A stretch of DNA of 60,100 nucleotides, counting the filler, from Hausera hauseri (lineage: Eukaryota), in NCBI GenBank assembly GCA_046269625.1. It is 10 parts of 10 records of this genome, joined end to end, with 100 filler letters (N's around TTAATTAATTAA, not from the genome) between each part and the next. Parts side by side here need not be neighbours in the genome. Positions count along the whole stretch, not along the records: positions 32,033 to 38,624 come from JBJURY010083436.1; positions 38,725 to 42,922 come from JBJURY010706436.1; positions 43,023 to 47,661 come from JBJURY010492798.1; positions 47,762 to 51,801 come from JBJURY010801312.1; 6 more parts are not named here. One strand, written 5' to 3'. Every line of letters begins with the position of its first letter. The stretch's first letter is position 1. The notes beneath the pieces are model-generated. The model was not told the origin of the DNA. It saw only the letters and a list, made by a program, of their open reading frames with translations, and searched no databases. Made by a program: the position numbers and the translations under genes. Shown here in pieces: positions 37,619 to 51,901 of this stretch.

Positions 37619-40421
37619 GACTCGCGGTGTTTCAAACATACGCAATGCAGCAACGTTCATTAGTGAACACGTTTTTGAGAGTTAATTCGCAGTCCTCGCT
37701 AGCCACCTGTAGAAAACATTAAGGCGTCACATCGCGCAATATGCTGGCTTATTCTTGACACGGAAAGCAAAGATAGATATTAACTGTAAGTCTAGAGAAA
37801 ACAAACGGGAAATTAATACATTGTTTACCTAGACATTGCTTAGACTTATTCCCCTAACCGCACGCCACTGCTTGGGTTATTCAAATCTATTTTTGTCCAT
37901 TCTGTTTAAGGTGCGTGGGCGCACGTTTTATAGACTTCATGTCAGTCTTCGTATGGAACCACTGAATAAAATGCTGACAGTTATTAAAGACTGTTACGTG
38001 ATAATTCGTATCCTGCCGCAACTGTGATGCCTGTTATTATCTGTTCTTCTATTGCTTGCTCTTTGCTAGGTTTTCTTTCCCGTCCACTCTTTCTCTTCTT
38101 CTCTAGTATCCAACGTAGTACAATTTTGGTGTCTACCCCCCCCCCCCTAGTCTTTTGTAACAAACGGCTATACAGTAAAACACATGTTTTATTACTATGA
38201 AAATATTCTTTCACAAACCCAGCAGTGTGATGTTCACCAAATATTAATAATATTCACAAACTGTTTGATGGGTGTCCGCTTGTCTATAGTCACGTGCCAC
38301 TGTTCGATATTTCCAATTTAATAAAGTCATGGTTTATTGCCCTGGGTTAAGTCCCGCCAGATGTTAGTTACGGTGTGTACATCTGCATATGTTTCCTTAC
38401 TGTTACACATGACTGAGAATTCATAAGTCCATCTGCATTTTAATCATGCACCCAAATTTCTGCAACAATTATGCTTTACTAAAGGACATAGTGGCATTAT
38501 GAATGTGCTGACATGGCTAACCAACACTCCAAGTTTGCCAGAAATGTTGCCTGAAGTGGGTTTACTCTGGAAAAGTAAAGAAGTGAGAAAGAAAAATAAT
38601 TGTAGAGAGGATTGGATGAATAAGNNNNNNNNNNNNNNNNNNNNNNNNNNNNNNNNNNNNNNNNNNNNTTAATTAATTAANNNNNNNNNNNNNNNNNNNN
38701 NNNNNNNNNNNNNNNNNNNNNNNNTTTTCCACTACTGTTTCATTGTGTGTGTTTTTTTTTTTATTGTACGTTATTGTAATCTGTAGCAAGTCGATGCTTG
38801 AGCCCACTGCGCCTAAGAGGCTATAGTCTCACAAACAACTTAACGCATGTCAATCAGATTTTTCTCTATCTTGCATGTAACATTTCGCCATAAAATTGTC
38901 CATCTATGTGCAAATATAACTCCAATTTGTTCAACTTTCCTCACGATCATAAGCGTAAAAACGTTTATGAATAATTCCTTCTGGAGTCAACCGATGTTCC
39001 ACTGAGCTTCTGTCGGTATTTATAAAACAAAGCATTCGCGACATCTCTGAGTTGTGGAAATGTATAAACAATTTGATAACTGTCTCAGAAATGGTATGCC
39101 CCGAGGAAGACTAAAATGTCAGTTTGCATGAAACGTTAAATAACAAATAGAAGAAATGTCATACGTGTAAAGTCATTTATTTAAGTATGTTAAATCTCAA
39201 ATTGATATATTCTCTTGTTTCATGTTTCGGAGCTTAAATTCAACCATAATAGAGCTGAAATTTTTGATATATTCATAGTATAATGTTATGGTATTTCTTT
39301 ATGGAATGTTATGCCGTTGATGTTTAAGAACGCTGTGGCCCAGCATAGGACAATTGCATCACGCTTATTTTCGTCTTTCATTTCCGATTTTAGAAAATTT
39401 ATCTCTAGAACATGTGTGGGCAGCAGTGATTTCGAAGTTCGCATATGGCCTTTGAAAAATTAGCGGCTTTCGTGACAGTAAAATAGTATTTTCGATGTCG
39501 ACGAAGGTTTTCACGTCGACTTCAGTCAATTACATTTATATATTTTCAGTATAAAAACATTTTTACTATCATTGCACAATTCAAAAATATATAATGACCA
39601 ACACCATCGTTTTAATTTGATTTTGATTATGCTTTTGTCTACCTATACATGAGACGTATTCATTTATGAATTTTGTATTAGTTTATCTAATTTTTGAAAA
39701 ATTGAGATAAATAATTTGTGGCCTTTGTCTTTCGTTTTTTTATTGAATGGTCTCCAAAGCAAAAAGGTTGCCAACCCCTGCTCTAAAACTTTCTTCAAGT
39801 ACATGTTACTTAATTCCCTTGAATTGTCGATGGGTACTTTCTTCGACATTTCGAGGTCGTTTTTCATAAAATAAAAATGTGATCAATAAGACAGGAAAAC
39901 CAGTGAACTCTTGCAGTGAATTCCATGTATGCTATATACGAGTAAATATAGTTTTCGGGCATGAAACAAAAGGTATTCTGCAAATTATGTAAATGAATAT
40001 TAAAATTTGCTCATAAATTTCGTTTATATGAATCTATTGCACAATTTTGTCTTGTTAGTAGAGTTGGCCCTTCCCAGTTGGAGCCAGGAACAAAGGATTA
40101 TTTAAGATGTGATGTTGAAAATTATTTAAACTCGATAATTATAAACATGGCGGAATCGGTTTTGGAAATATTTGGACATAATATGGACATAATACTGATT
40201 GCGCTGAATTAATTTATATCATCGAAATTGTGAGAAAGGAATTCCACGACACGGTTCTTGATATCCTCTGAATGTTGTTTGCAGTTTGATCACCAGCCTG
40301 AGGTCTAGACAATACATGAACCTCTTCTCTCAATTTATTATTGTGCGAATTGGCGGTGACGCTTTCTTACAATCTTCTTGAAATATTTATTTACCTTCTA
40401 TATCTGTGAGTCTGAATTTTT

Positions 40422-40700
40422 TTGACGTCGGGGAACATTAAACTTGCAAATATTAATGAACAATTTGCAGACATCCCTACGGACGACAGGATAAATGAAG
40501 TCCAAGTGAGAGATATTCTGTCAAGAATGATGGGAAGTGGAATATCTCGAAGTAAAATTGTAACAGCTATGTGCTGCCTCCTGTATAAAATAATGGTAAT
40601 GGACGATGTTAATCCAAACCAAGATGAGATAGAGAGAAACATAGAAATCGCAACGAGAGCACTTAAGGCTAATGCAGAGGTGTATGGATCAATCGTCTAA
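40422..40700 (+). other. Unknown intronless ORF fragment upstream of the glycoprotein
   Basis: 92 open codons on the same strand, with the same A-rich bias as the glycoprotein. No diagnostic motif. Confidence 0.35.
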
Positions 40701-40804
40701 TTCAGACTACAATACCCGAATCAGTACCAGTCACAGTGAGACAAATGGGAAATCCCCCACTCATCCAACAAGACAGCGAAACCAACAAACATACCTTGAT
40801 CTGT

Positions 40805-42921
40805 CTTGGTTGGTTAAAATTATACCCGTACTCCTACTATTCAGCATGATGCCAAAAACACTCATCAATTACTGCTTACGATTGCAGTCAGGCCAAAAAG
40901 GGTCCAATATATTCTCTATTAGATCTAGAAAAATGTCCGTATGCCAATCTGACATCGTTAACTACGATATCTAATAAAGAATATTATGTGTAACAAGAAT
41001 CTAAGTTCGTAAAAACCAAAGTGAAGGAATGTTTTTTGCGGAAAAACCACTTCCACTTCATTTGCGGTTACTGGTACAGAAACTCAGCCATAGTAAAACC
41101 AACTACAGATGTGCATGGAAGCATTTGTTACAAAACAAATTAACATTGGAGGTATTCGGCAAAGGCTCAAAAAGAAAAAATCATTAATAAAAGAATTTTT
41201 GTAGTTGGCTCAATCGATAAAACAGGATACTGCAAGGGAGAGTCATTTAACATAAACGGTGAAATAGTGGACAACGTGGTAGCTATTGAGGACTACCAAG
41301 TTGAGTTAAGGGAATACGATGCATTCTTCGAATTATCATCCGGAAAATGATGACCTTCCCCGAATGCGACTGCTATAATAAGGAATGTGACATGGGTGAT
41401 TCAATCATGTCATATGAAGTCGACAGAGATCAATGTCATTTGGTATTATTAAGGATCGGAAAGTTTAACGAAACCAAAGGACGGACATATAAAAAAGAAA
41501 TATCCAAAAGTCGAATAGATCGGGTATCAGATACAGTTGAGACACCGTCTATAGTGTACGCAGCAGATCCGATCGATGGAATACGATTTAAATTAGAAGG
41601 CGATACTAAGAGATGCGATAAAACGGTATATTGAACAAATTATAAAGGGATATTCCTTTCGACAACAAAAACTGAAGAAGCTAAAAGGCACGGTGATAAA
41701 TCGGAAGTAAAACTACATCTGTACTTCGATAATAAAATAGATTTCATCTATCACTTCCAATAAGAAAATATGTACACAATGTATCGAGAAATAATCTTGA
41801 ACGATTGTAAATTGAATCGCGAAATAATCAGAAACAGAATATATCTGTCGTCTATAACAGACGGAATAATAAAAGAGCCAGCCGAATCACCCGATGCAGA
41901 AGGGAAATTAGTGCGGACAATGAGTGAAACTCTTGTAACGTTCGAATGTACCAGAGTAGCTGTCAAACTCAGACCAACTACTGAATGTGCGATGAAGTTA
42001 CCCGTTTGGTACAAAGAAAAGTCACGTTTCCTGCAACCAGTTACACGGTTACTATTGAATCCGGCAGAAAAACCCTATGTACATCAAAATTGTACATATA
42101 CTATGTCGCCAGCATTTTGACTAAGCAACAACTTGTGGATAAGGATGCCAAAAACGAGCAGATTACTCCACCTCGGACAACTAGATTGATTAATTTGAAA
42201 ACTGAACAAACGCATAAGCCATTAACAGATCTAGTAAAGATGGGTGTGTAACCGGAGCAATATATGGAAAATGATAGAAAGATGATGATGTTTCCTCAAC
42301 AGAGACAGAAAGTCTTAACGGAAATGGCTATGGTATTATCCAAACATACTGGTAGAGCTAATTGGAAAAACTTGATGGGACCTGATTACGCTAAGAAAAT
42401 TGCTCAAGATATAAATGCAACTGCATGGGGATGGTACATGTGGTTTGGTCAGGTAAATTCAGGATGGCTAGGATTTGATTATCTTTGCGTTTATAAAAGC
42501 AATCCTGACAATGATAACAAAAGGTTATGGAATGAAACAAGCTGCTGAATGTATCTGGAAAATCATATACGCCTTAATTCCGTCAATAGATAACTGTTTC
42601 CTGATAAATAAGGATGCAGACTGGAAGCAGAATAGAAATAAAAATGGAACTAATGATGATGATGAGCCTCCGATAAAGAAAATAAAAGAAATAAAACCTC
42701 AGTCGCTTGATCTCACTAAGAAAACGTGGAGTTTAATCACTGTTCGAAGTAAGAAACGGAGAACCTTACTCTCAGATATTCCTCAAATGAAAGGACGGAG
42801 CGAATACCTAATGGAACAACATTTTATGGATATTCATTATTCCAGTGACACGCATAACTATGACCCAAAACATGAAATTGACGTTTTATCCGTCGACTCC
42901 AAAAGAAAATGTAGTAGCTAA
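40805..42921 (+). pseudogene. Chuvirus-like (class III, gB-like) envelope glycoprotein fossil
   Basis: Signal IIPVLLLFSMM, then ITAYDC..YSLLDLEKC..KEC..FICG..GYCKG..VKLHLYFDNKIDFIY..MYREIILNDCKLNREII..ETLVTFECTRV..ECAMKLPVWY..FLQPVTRLL..C..WGWYMWFG plus a TM helix. The Cys/motif order matches chuviral G. Several stops and frameshifts. Confidence 0.82.
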
Positions 42922-43022
42922 TNNNNNNNNNNNNNNNNNNNNNNNNNNNNNNNNNNNNNNNNNNNNTTAATTAATTAANNNNNNNNNNNNNNNNNNNNNN
43001 NNNNNNNNNNNNNNNNNNNNNN

Positions 43023-46000
43023 TGGACTCCATCTATGAACTTCTCCCTGCTGTAAGTGCTAAACGTCACATGACGTGATCTGTTAGATGTTGCTAGTGCT
43101 TGTGGAGTTGTTTGGGGGAGATATACTGTTGATTTTGTGGTACTAGAGGATGCTTCATGAAGAGGTGAAAGTGGAGAGGAAGCTGAAAACGGAAAAGGAT
43201 TACGCTAAGAAGACGATACTCGAGATTGCAGCGAATCGTGCGATGAAGGTGAAATGAATATTGGATGTGCAGGCAATGACGGATAAACAAATGGTAAAGG
43301 AGCATCGATGATAACGAAAGTAAAGAGAACTGATCGTGACGCGATAGTGATGGCTGCGAAGAATTAAAATCATTAAGGAAATTAGATGATGGCTCGAGGG
43401 TAGAGAAGTTAGAGTCAGGATTTGAAACAATGCTGTAAACCTGGTAATCATCAATGAAGAAGGCTGGCTTAAGATTAGAAATGTGTACATTATTGGGTTG
43501 ATTCTTGCGTAAAATAGTGGCAGTGTGCGAAGAAAGGCTGAGTAATTTGTAAGGTCCAACGTATTGAGGCCGATAACTAGAAGATGACGGATCCTTCAGA
43601 CATACAAACTTGGCTGAGTATATGTCCTCTGGAATATAAGATTTGTCTTTATTTATAAGACGGCAAAAGGTGTTTGAGTTTACCTCTACAAAGTGGGACT
43701 GTGCTGCACAAATGACTTAATCTGGTGGACTTTCATCCAGATTGAAGAGCTCAAATAGTGCACGAATTGGTGTCCCAAATTGAGCTTCAGCCGGGCACAA
43801 CAGGTGGTAGTGGATGGCGTGTTGCGCCAACCAAGTAGAACAAGAGGAAGAATCGAGGTCCAATTACGATTGTTGTTTGCCAAGATTTTTAAAGAAATAT
43901 TCATGTTGCGGTGAAATCTTTTAAGAAGACCATATGCTTGGGGATGATACGGCGTCGTATGGAAGTGGGATATCCCCAAGTGCTTTACTAAAGATTCAAA
44001 AATATCAGCTTCAAATTGCGGATTCTGGTCCGGTATGATGTGATGTGGTGAACCAAAACGGCTGACCCATATCTTGATGAATGCATCTACTACTGCGTCA
44101 GTGTTGGTTGATCGAAGCGAAACGGCTTCAGGCCAGCGGGAAGCACGATCCATCATGGATAAGATGTACTGATAGCCGTTGTCGGATGGCAAAGGATTGA
44201 CAAGATCTAAATACACAGTGTCAAAACGGGACATATAAGGGAAGTGGTAAAGTGGTGGTTTTAGGTGTTTGTGGATCTTGTATTGCTGGCATTCTGCACA
44301 TCCCTTGACCCAGATCTGTACATCTGCAAGCGTAGTTGGCCATACAACGTGGCGTTGCAGTAGGCGAAATGTGGCTTTTGAACCCGGATGATGAAGAGAG
44401 TGAAGGTGGTTGAAAGCTGTCTTTTGCAGTGATGGTGCAAAAATGATTTTCTTGTTGATCGAGTTGGAAGTGTCATAAGCAATGCCATCGATGATTTCAA
44501 CAGATTTAAAAGCTTGGAGAATGTTAGATGATGGCTGATTACTTCTCAGGACCTCATTGGAAAAAAGTGGCTGAACTGTAATTGAGTTAACCGACCGCGA
44601 AAGGAAATTCGCTACTAAATTTTCGGTGCCTGAAATATATTTCATGGAAAAACTAAACGTCGACAGGTATGATATCTGTCATTCTTATCTGGGCGATGGC
44701 TGTTTCAAAGTCATTATATGAAGTAGAGTCTTGTGGTCGGTTTGGATGGTAAATTGATGTGAAAGAAACAAGTACTTGTAATGCTTCACCGCTAGAACTA
44801 CAGCCAAAAGTTCACGGTCGAATGTTCAATATCGGCTTTCCGATAGCGTGAGCTTTCGAGAATAGAACTCTAATGGTTCATCGACGCCATTGCATATTTG
44901 GTATAATATCGCACCAGTTTCTGTGGTTGAGGCATCGGTAGTTAATATTAGTTCAGCGATTGGTTTTGGAAAAGCCAAGATTTCCACAGTTTTCAAACCT
45001 TCACGAAGGCGATCAAATTGGTTTACCTGATCGAGATTAATTTTCTTTTCTTCCCAGATGAGAGGTGTGCGAACGGTGCCGTTAGTTCGGAGCAGTGTGG
45101 CACGTATTTGTGTACGAAATGCAATGTCCCTAGAAAACTCCTCATATCGGTAGTAGTAGTTGGCAACGTCACACTTTTTAATTGTTGTAAGCGATCAGGC
45201 TGGGGCGAATGCCCTTCGGGAGTAATTATGTGGTCTAAGAAGTTTACGCGTTTCTGGAAGAAATTGCATTTGACAAAATTAATTTGCATGTTGCTTTGAT
45301 GCAATCTGTGGAAGATAATTCTAAGGTGCTCATGATGTTGTTTGATGGAGCTGGAAGCAAGTAATATGCCATCTATGTATGGGTGAGCAAAATCAAGACC
45401 AGAAAGAACGGCATCAATGTGGCGCTGAAAGGTCTGAGATGCGCTACGAAGGCCGAAAGGCATGAAGATGTACTCATAAAGACCAAATGGTGTGATGACA
45501 GCAGTTTTTGGAATGTTATCAGGGGCAACAGGAATTTAATGGTAGACTTTGTGTAGATCAATAGTAGAATAGGTATTGGTGTTGTTGAGGCTATGAAGAA
45601 TGTCTTTAATGAGTGGTAGTGGATAGGCATCTGTAATAGTTAGATTTTTTAACTGTCGATAGTCGCTACATAGCTTATAGGTACCATCTTTCTTTACCAC
45701 TACATGAAGAGGAGAATCCCACGGTGAATTCGATCTGCGAATGATACCAGACCTTTCCAGTTCATTAAATTCCTGTTCCGCAGCTTTACGTCTATGTGGC
45801 GACAAAGGTTTGACCTTTTGTTTGATCGGTCTCTGATGCTCTGTTGCTATGTAATGATAAGTTGTGGATGGACGCTTGAAGTTGACGTCCCTTTTAACTA
45901 TGCGAAAGCAAGACGTTGTGACATATGATTTAAGATTGGAGTCTAGAGACAAGAATGAATGAGGTATATCATTAGAGAGAACAGCTCCAGTGATTGACGA

Positions 46001-47661
46001 CAAGCAACTGGTATCGCTACTATTGACACCTAATTTGGATTTTTGTTTTAGAATAGATTTATGATTGTCGTTCATAATTGAAATTTTACCGACTTTATCG
46101 AAAGTTTTTTTATAGATGACGAAGCGTTCAACATGTTCACAGATGAGTGCAACAAATTGCTCCCTAAGGTGTCTACGAGACACATGTTTGGAGTTGCAAT
46201 CGAGTTCCCGCTTAAAAGACAGCTGTATTTGCAATCGACCATTAGATCATGTGCGGCAAGAAAATCTGAGCCTATTATGGGAGATTTAATGTTGGCCACG
46301 TGGAACTTACAGACAAACTTATCTGGCAAGTTGGCGAAAGTGAAAGTCAGTTCCGTGGTTCCTGCAACGTGCAACTTTTGACCACTGGCAGTGAAAAGCG
46401 GTGGACAGGAAATCATAGTCGATGTAGGAACGAAGGACAAGGGAAGAATCAAAAAGGCAGCTCTTGAATTTATAAAAAAGTTGATATGTGAAGTATCTCT
46501 GCATAACAGTACAGCCTTCAACAGAAAGAGTGCAGAGGTGGTGTTGAAACGGCCAGAAGATTGAGCGATATTGCCTGCGCCAGAATGTGCCGTCAAATTT
46601 GGCGGCATTATTAGTTTTTTGAAGGTTTTGGAGAAAATGAAGAAGAGGAAGAAAATCGAGGAGATTTATTGTTGTAATGTTTACAACCAGCCACGCATGA
46701 TCTAGCCTGTGACTGGAACTTATTGTGGTAGACACAAATAGGGTTGCCCACAGCGTACCGTTCACTGTAAAACCGACAACCCAAAAAACACTTCCTAGCA
46801 TCCCTTAGAAATCGCGTGTGACAGAAACAAATCATGCGTCCTCCAGGTGAAATGGATCGAGCAGAGTGTCTGGAAATGCTTCTCTCCCTTGAAGGTCTGG
46901 TTTCACGTTGTCGAGGCCCATTGAGATTATTTAGTTTGGTAGTAATGGCCTAAATCGACTGCTGTAACTTTTTAAACTGCTGCTGCATCATTTACAATTG
47001 TTCAGTCAAAATTTTGTGTTTGTAGTTGGAGCACAAGTGGTTGCGGCCTCAATAGGGAGAGACCTGTTGGTATGAAGAATCTCAAAGGATTTGTCAGCCA
47101 TTATTGCCACTTTTTTGATAGCAGTGGACTTATCGACAACAATGAATAAAGCTCTGATTGGGGTGGGCAAAGACGATAAGAAATAACGGCGAATTAAACC
47201 CGCGTTATTCGTAGGTGTCACTCCTAACGCTCTGAGCTGCAGAATGGCCGTTTGGAGAAAGTCGGATGGCTTTTGGCTTCCTATCGCGTGGTCATTAAAG
47301 TACTTTTGTATTATATTGTCAAGCGCAGGATCCGTGACATGCAGTACAGCTTCGCAGTGTCGCGTAAAGTGTCGAGAATTGTAGCAGCTCGGAGATATTA
47401 TTAATCTGCTGCTTGACGTTGTCAGGCAGAAGGTTTAAGAGGCTATTAGCTCGCATAAAAGAATCAGTGATGTTGTTCGATTTTAGCCACTGTTAATGGA
47501 GCACCAGGTGGATGATTGGACGTTCGTGGCATGTGAAAAGCAAAAGGGAGTCGGAAGGATGTATTATAAGCCCTTGATATGTGAAATAGAAATCAGAAGT
47601 GCTATATGATGAGGACAAAGCGTTATATAAGAACTGCACTGTCTCGTAGAGTGGAGCTTTT
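43023..47661 (-). mobile_element. Ty3/Gypsy family A, near-complete decayed internal region (gag, PR, RT, RH, IN, tail)
   Basis: gag KPSDF..LIRRYFLSSLP plus twin knuckles. SPWDSPLHVVVKKDG..DYRQL..MPFGL..PYIDG. TTDAS. IN YLDLVNP..DQNPQF..TTPYHPQ. Terminal RHVTFSTYSREK. Confidence 0.95.
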
Positions 47662-47761
47662 NNNNNNNNNNNNNNNNNNNNNNNNNNNNNNNNNNNNNNN
47701 NNNNNTTAATTAATTAANNNNNNNNNNNNNNNNNNNNNNNNNNNNNNNNNNNNNNNNNNNN

Positions 47762-50700
47762 GATTGTCGTTTATCCGGGGTTCTATTAATTTCCCATAAG
47801 AGTATGCGCATCCAGGTTTGCCTATGAATTAATTCAACATCTAATTCTGTTGTTATTTCTCTAGTTGATTCTATTTCGATGCTTTATGTTTTCTGGTTTT
47901 TTAAATGTTGTTGACGGAGGGAATGTATGATTTTATTTAGATTCTGTTGTGGGTATTGTTGTTTCAACTTAGTAATTTCGCATTCCACATTCAGGTCTTG
48001 TATTCGTGGTTTATTGAGCATTCGTAGTAAGTGTGTCATTTTATGCACTTCGATTGACCGGTCGACGTCATTCTTACAGAATTTGAATCTTTTTATTATT
48101 GCTGTTATATTTCTGTAGGATGAACTGTCCCAAGTGTTTCCTTTCGCTATCTCATTATTTTTTATTAAATCGCATGATTTTAGTAATAAGAATTTATATT
48201 CCGTTGACATTTCCTCATAGGTTTTCCCAAATTCTAATAAAATAGTATCGGTGATTTATTTAAACGTATTATTCTCAAAGACGATATGTTGGTCTGTTGC
48301 TATTCTATTAAGTTCCATTTGGACTTCTTCATCTTCCATCCAGGATATATCATCTAATTCCACACTTGGCCACTTAAGGCTCCTAACAATTCCTCTTGTT
48401 GAAACGGGCGACTATTCCTTTAGTAACCGTTGTATACGTGGATCTTTTTCCAATGGGTTCTCAGTTATTTCTACCTTTGGTCGTATCTTACTGCTCGACA
48501 AATTTTATAAAATGCTACTACTATTAATGCGACTACTTTGCTACTGACTAAACCAATTAGAAACATTAGTAATAAAAGTGATTTGTAATCCACAACTGGT
48601 AGTGTAGGGATAACTGCGTATTCATATTGACTTGCTTCAGTTGAGGTTACATTAAACGCTGACAAGGCAACAGGTATTGCTATTCGCTTATAAATACGTG
48701 GTGACTTACCTGAGACATCGTCATATTTTGCAGGTGGTTTTTCGTTTGCTGTTTCCACATGCAGCATTAATTGCTCTCTTCTTCTTATTTCTGTCCGTAT
48801 TTTATAAAACTTCTTCATTAAAACGGCGATATGACTAATTAATGCAAGGACGAATGATATTAGTAATATTAGTAATGTTATATCCATCGTTTGATTGCAT
48901 GCGTATGCCTCTTTGTTACATATTTTGGCTTTAACTACGGGTATTAAGCTGCTTCCAATCATAAATCCACTGGTTGTTGGTAATATATCTCGTCCAGTGG
49001 AATTGAATTACTTATACTGATTGACTTTCTTGTTAAAGAATATTATTGCTCCTATTATGAGACTAAAATTGTCAATATTACTGCAGAAATAATGTATTAT
49101 AGTATAAATACTGAAGAGAATATTGGTTTGTTTTCTGGTAGTGTAATATTGGTAGTCGTTTCTGCGTTAGTTTTCTAATTAGAAATGATGGTATAAGTAT
49201 TGTTGCGACTAGAGTAAAGGGTTTAGTAACAAACTATATCTAATTGTTGATTCTATCTCGACCGATTGACTTACTTTGCGCTATTATTCTTTCTCTTTCC
49301 AATTTAAAGTTTTCAGCTTGTTCATATGGTATGGGTAGTAAACAAAATATTAAGCGGTATCGGATAGCATTTATTCGGCCAGATAGTCCTTCTGCGTTTT
49401 CATTGCAAAATGAGTATATGTTTTGATAATCCTGTTTGTTAAGTTTATGATTTGAGTTCCGTTTCAAATATTTATTCCGTAGGATTTTAATTTCCTTTTA
49501 TTCAGTCGTCTGTAACGCTTCTTCATCGAGCTTATCCTTCAATGCCATTATTTAGTAGGCTATGATACATGGTATATATATGTCACCTTTACATTTTTGT
49601 TCCAATTCTACTCCAAACCATTCATACAAAGTTAGATGGTAATTAATTACACTATACATTTTGTGGTCATTAACATAATCTTTTATGCCAGGTAATTCGC
49701 TTTCAATTTCTCTTTTGATGTGACTGACTGACGAAGGAGCTCTATCACCTCAAATAAATTTTGTTAAAAAATTTTGTTCAGCTTTTCTACCTATAAATAA
49801 GGGCTCATAGTCTATGCTGGATCCGATTACTAGTGTTTCATTCGCATTGAAATCATGTCTTGCATTTACTAAGTAAACTGATCGTATTTTCTCCAACAAT
49901 TGTGGTATAGTTGATAGTTGTAACTCATGCATAATTATTAATTGGTGTTTTCAATACTGCAAGTAAATAGATTTTATTCCACATCTATAGTTCCAAGCTT
50001 TGGCTAATTTGTGCATAGGGTTATTCCATGAAAGCTTTAAACCGGATACGTTCATAATTTCACTGAATATTCTCAATCAGGAGTTGTACTTAGTTCGTTC
50101 GTTTTCGTAACGTTCTCTAAATGATCTATCCTCATGCAATACCTCCTTAGAAAATTGGCTTTGGAAGCTGGTGAATAATAATAAGTTATCTCTCACGGGG
50201 TGAGTGACATGATCATACCTTGATTCTTTCTGGTATTGTTCGAAATATTTCTTGTACATATCAAGATAGAAGGTCACAAGTTCTCTTCTAATGTGACTGG
50301 GTGTCTCCCATAAACGGTTTGCGTATTGGATATTTTGATAAACCGTTATGTTATTTCTTCGATAGAGTTGTATTCCATTCTGGTACATTAATGGTGCAAC
50401 TTTTCTAATTAAATCAGATTGTTTGATTTCCTTTTTCCATTCCAAGTGAGTTACATAGGCTTGTCTAAGATTGTTAATCATTGTCCGCTTGTCTATGGTT
50501 TGTTCGAGTATTGCTACGGGTTTTCTGTTGTCTAATGGTAGCTGGGCCAAACGATTGGCTACTATATATAGTTCATATTCTTCGGTTGGTAATTCATGGC
50601 GATCTTTGGAAACCTTTTTTATATCAAGGAGTATTGGAATTGTTTTGCTAGTTATTAAATAGGGGGTTCTGCTATTGAGCTTACTCCATGAGCTATCAAA

Positions 50701-51801
50701 GTTATGATTATCTGCGTTTCTTCTGAAAGTATGTCAAACGGAGAATAAATTTCTTCCTTTATATAACCAATAATATACTCATTTCGTGTTATCAACTGCA
50801 GATAATAGGAATTAAACCCTGGATCTTTGGCATACATTTCTAGATTTAATTGTACTGAATTGTTCAATCTCAGCCATTTTGCTGTTTGTTCAAATCCTTT
50901 AACAAATATTTGTCCTTCTCTTTTATCTTCTTGTAACCTTTTACATTCATAATTCGCTATTTGCTGAGATAACGATAGATGTGAATTTAATGCAAGACTT
51001 TGGGGTTTGTTTGCTTTTGCCCGTTTATCACAATGATCATCTACATGGTTGGTGTCTTTCCATTCATCTTCGAGTGGTAATTGTTTATCAATCGTTATTT
51101 CCCTTAATCGCGTCAAGGTTGGGGTTTTATTAATTTGGGTTTGATGGTTGAGACTTCTTCTGTTATAGTGTGTCCCTCAGTTGGAGTAATGCCTTTTTCA
51201 CTATTTAATTGTTCAGTTGCTTTCATATGAAACATTAGATTAACGACAATTAATAGTATCAGCCAAGTCAAGGAACTTTCTTGTATAATATTCGGTATCA
51301 TTGGAGCGGCTTCCGCTGTTCCAAATAATATAAATGGAGTAATAAGTAATATTAATGTTGGGCAAGTAAATCCATTACAAATTGTGCTGAACTGCTTTCC
51401 GTTGACTGGTGTCTGTTCATTTATTTTTCTTTCTTCATTAGTATTTGAAGTACCTACATCAGTAGGTTCAAATTCACTCGTATTGACGTTACTACTATCT
51501 ATTATCTGATCGTTAAAATGATTACTCCCAAATACTGATAATAGATCGTCGCTTTCTTTCCTGTAATGTGCATCTGTGTATTCCTCCATTTTGGATAATT
51601 TTCTATTATAATGTATACATAAGATTCGCTCATCAAAGGCATTTGGTCGTCGGAGGCTCCTTGTTATAACTACTGCTGTTCCTTCATCATTATCTAGCTT
51701 TTGTCTGCGGATGTTTATTATCCTTTTTCTTTCTTCTTTAAACGGTTTAGCTATTTCTTCGTTATCATTTAATTCACAAAATATTAAATGATACCGTATT
51801 T
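47762..51801 (-). pseudogene. ~4-kb intronless, decayed multi-transmembrane polyprotein of unknown origin
   Basis: Successive minus-strand ORFs (51801-51113, 51116-50655, 50550-50077, 49932-49750, 49467-49240, 48962-48471, 48210-47884) tile the scaffold, separated by stops and frameshifts. Several hydrophobic helices are present. Confidence 0.55.
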
Positions 51802-51901
51802 NNNNNNNNNNNNNNNNNNNNNNNNNNNNNNNNNNNNNNNNNNNNTTAATTAATTAANNNNNNNNNNNNNNNNNNNNNNNNNNNNNNNNNNNNNNNNNNN
51901 N

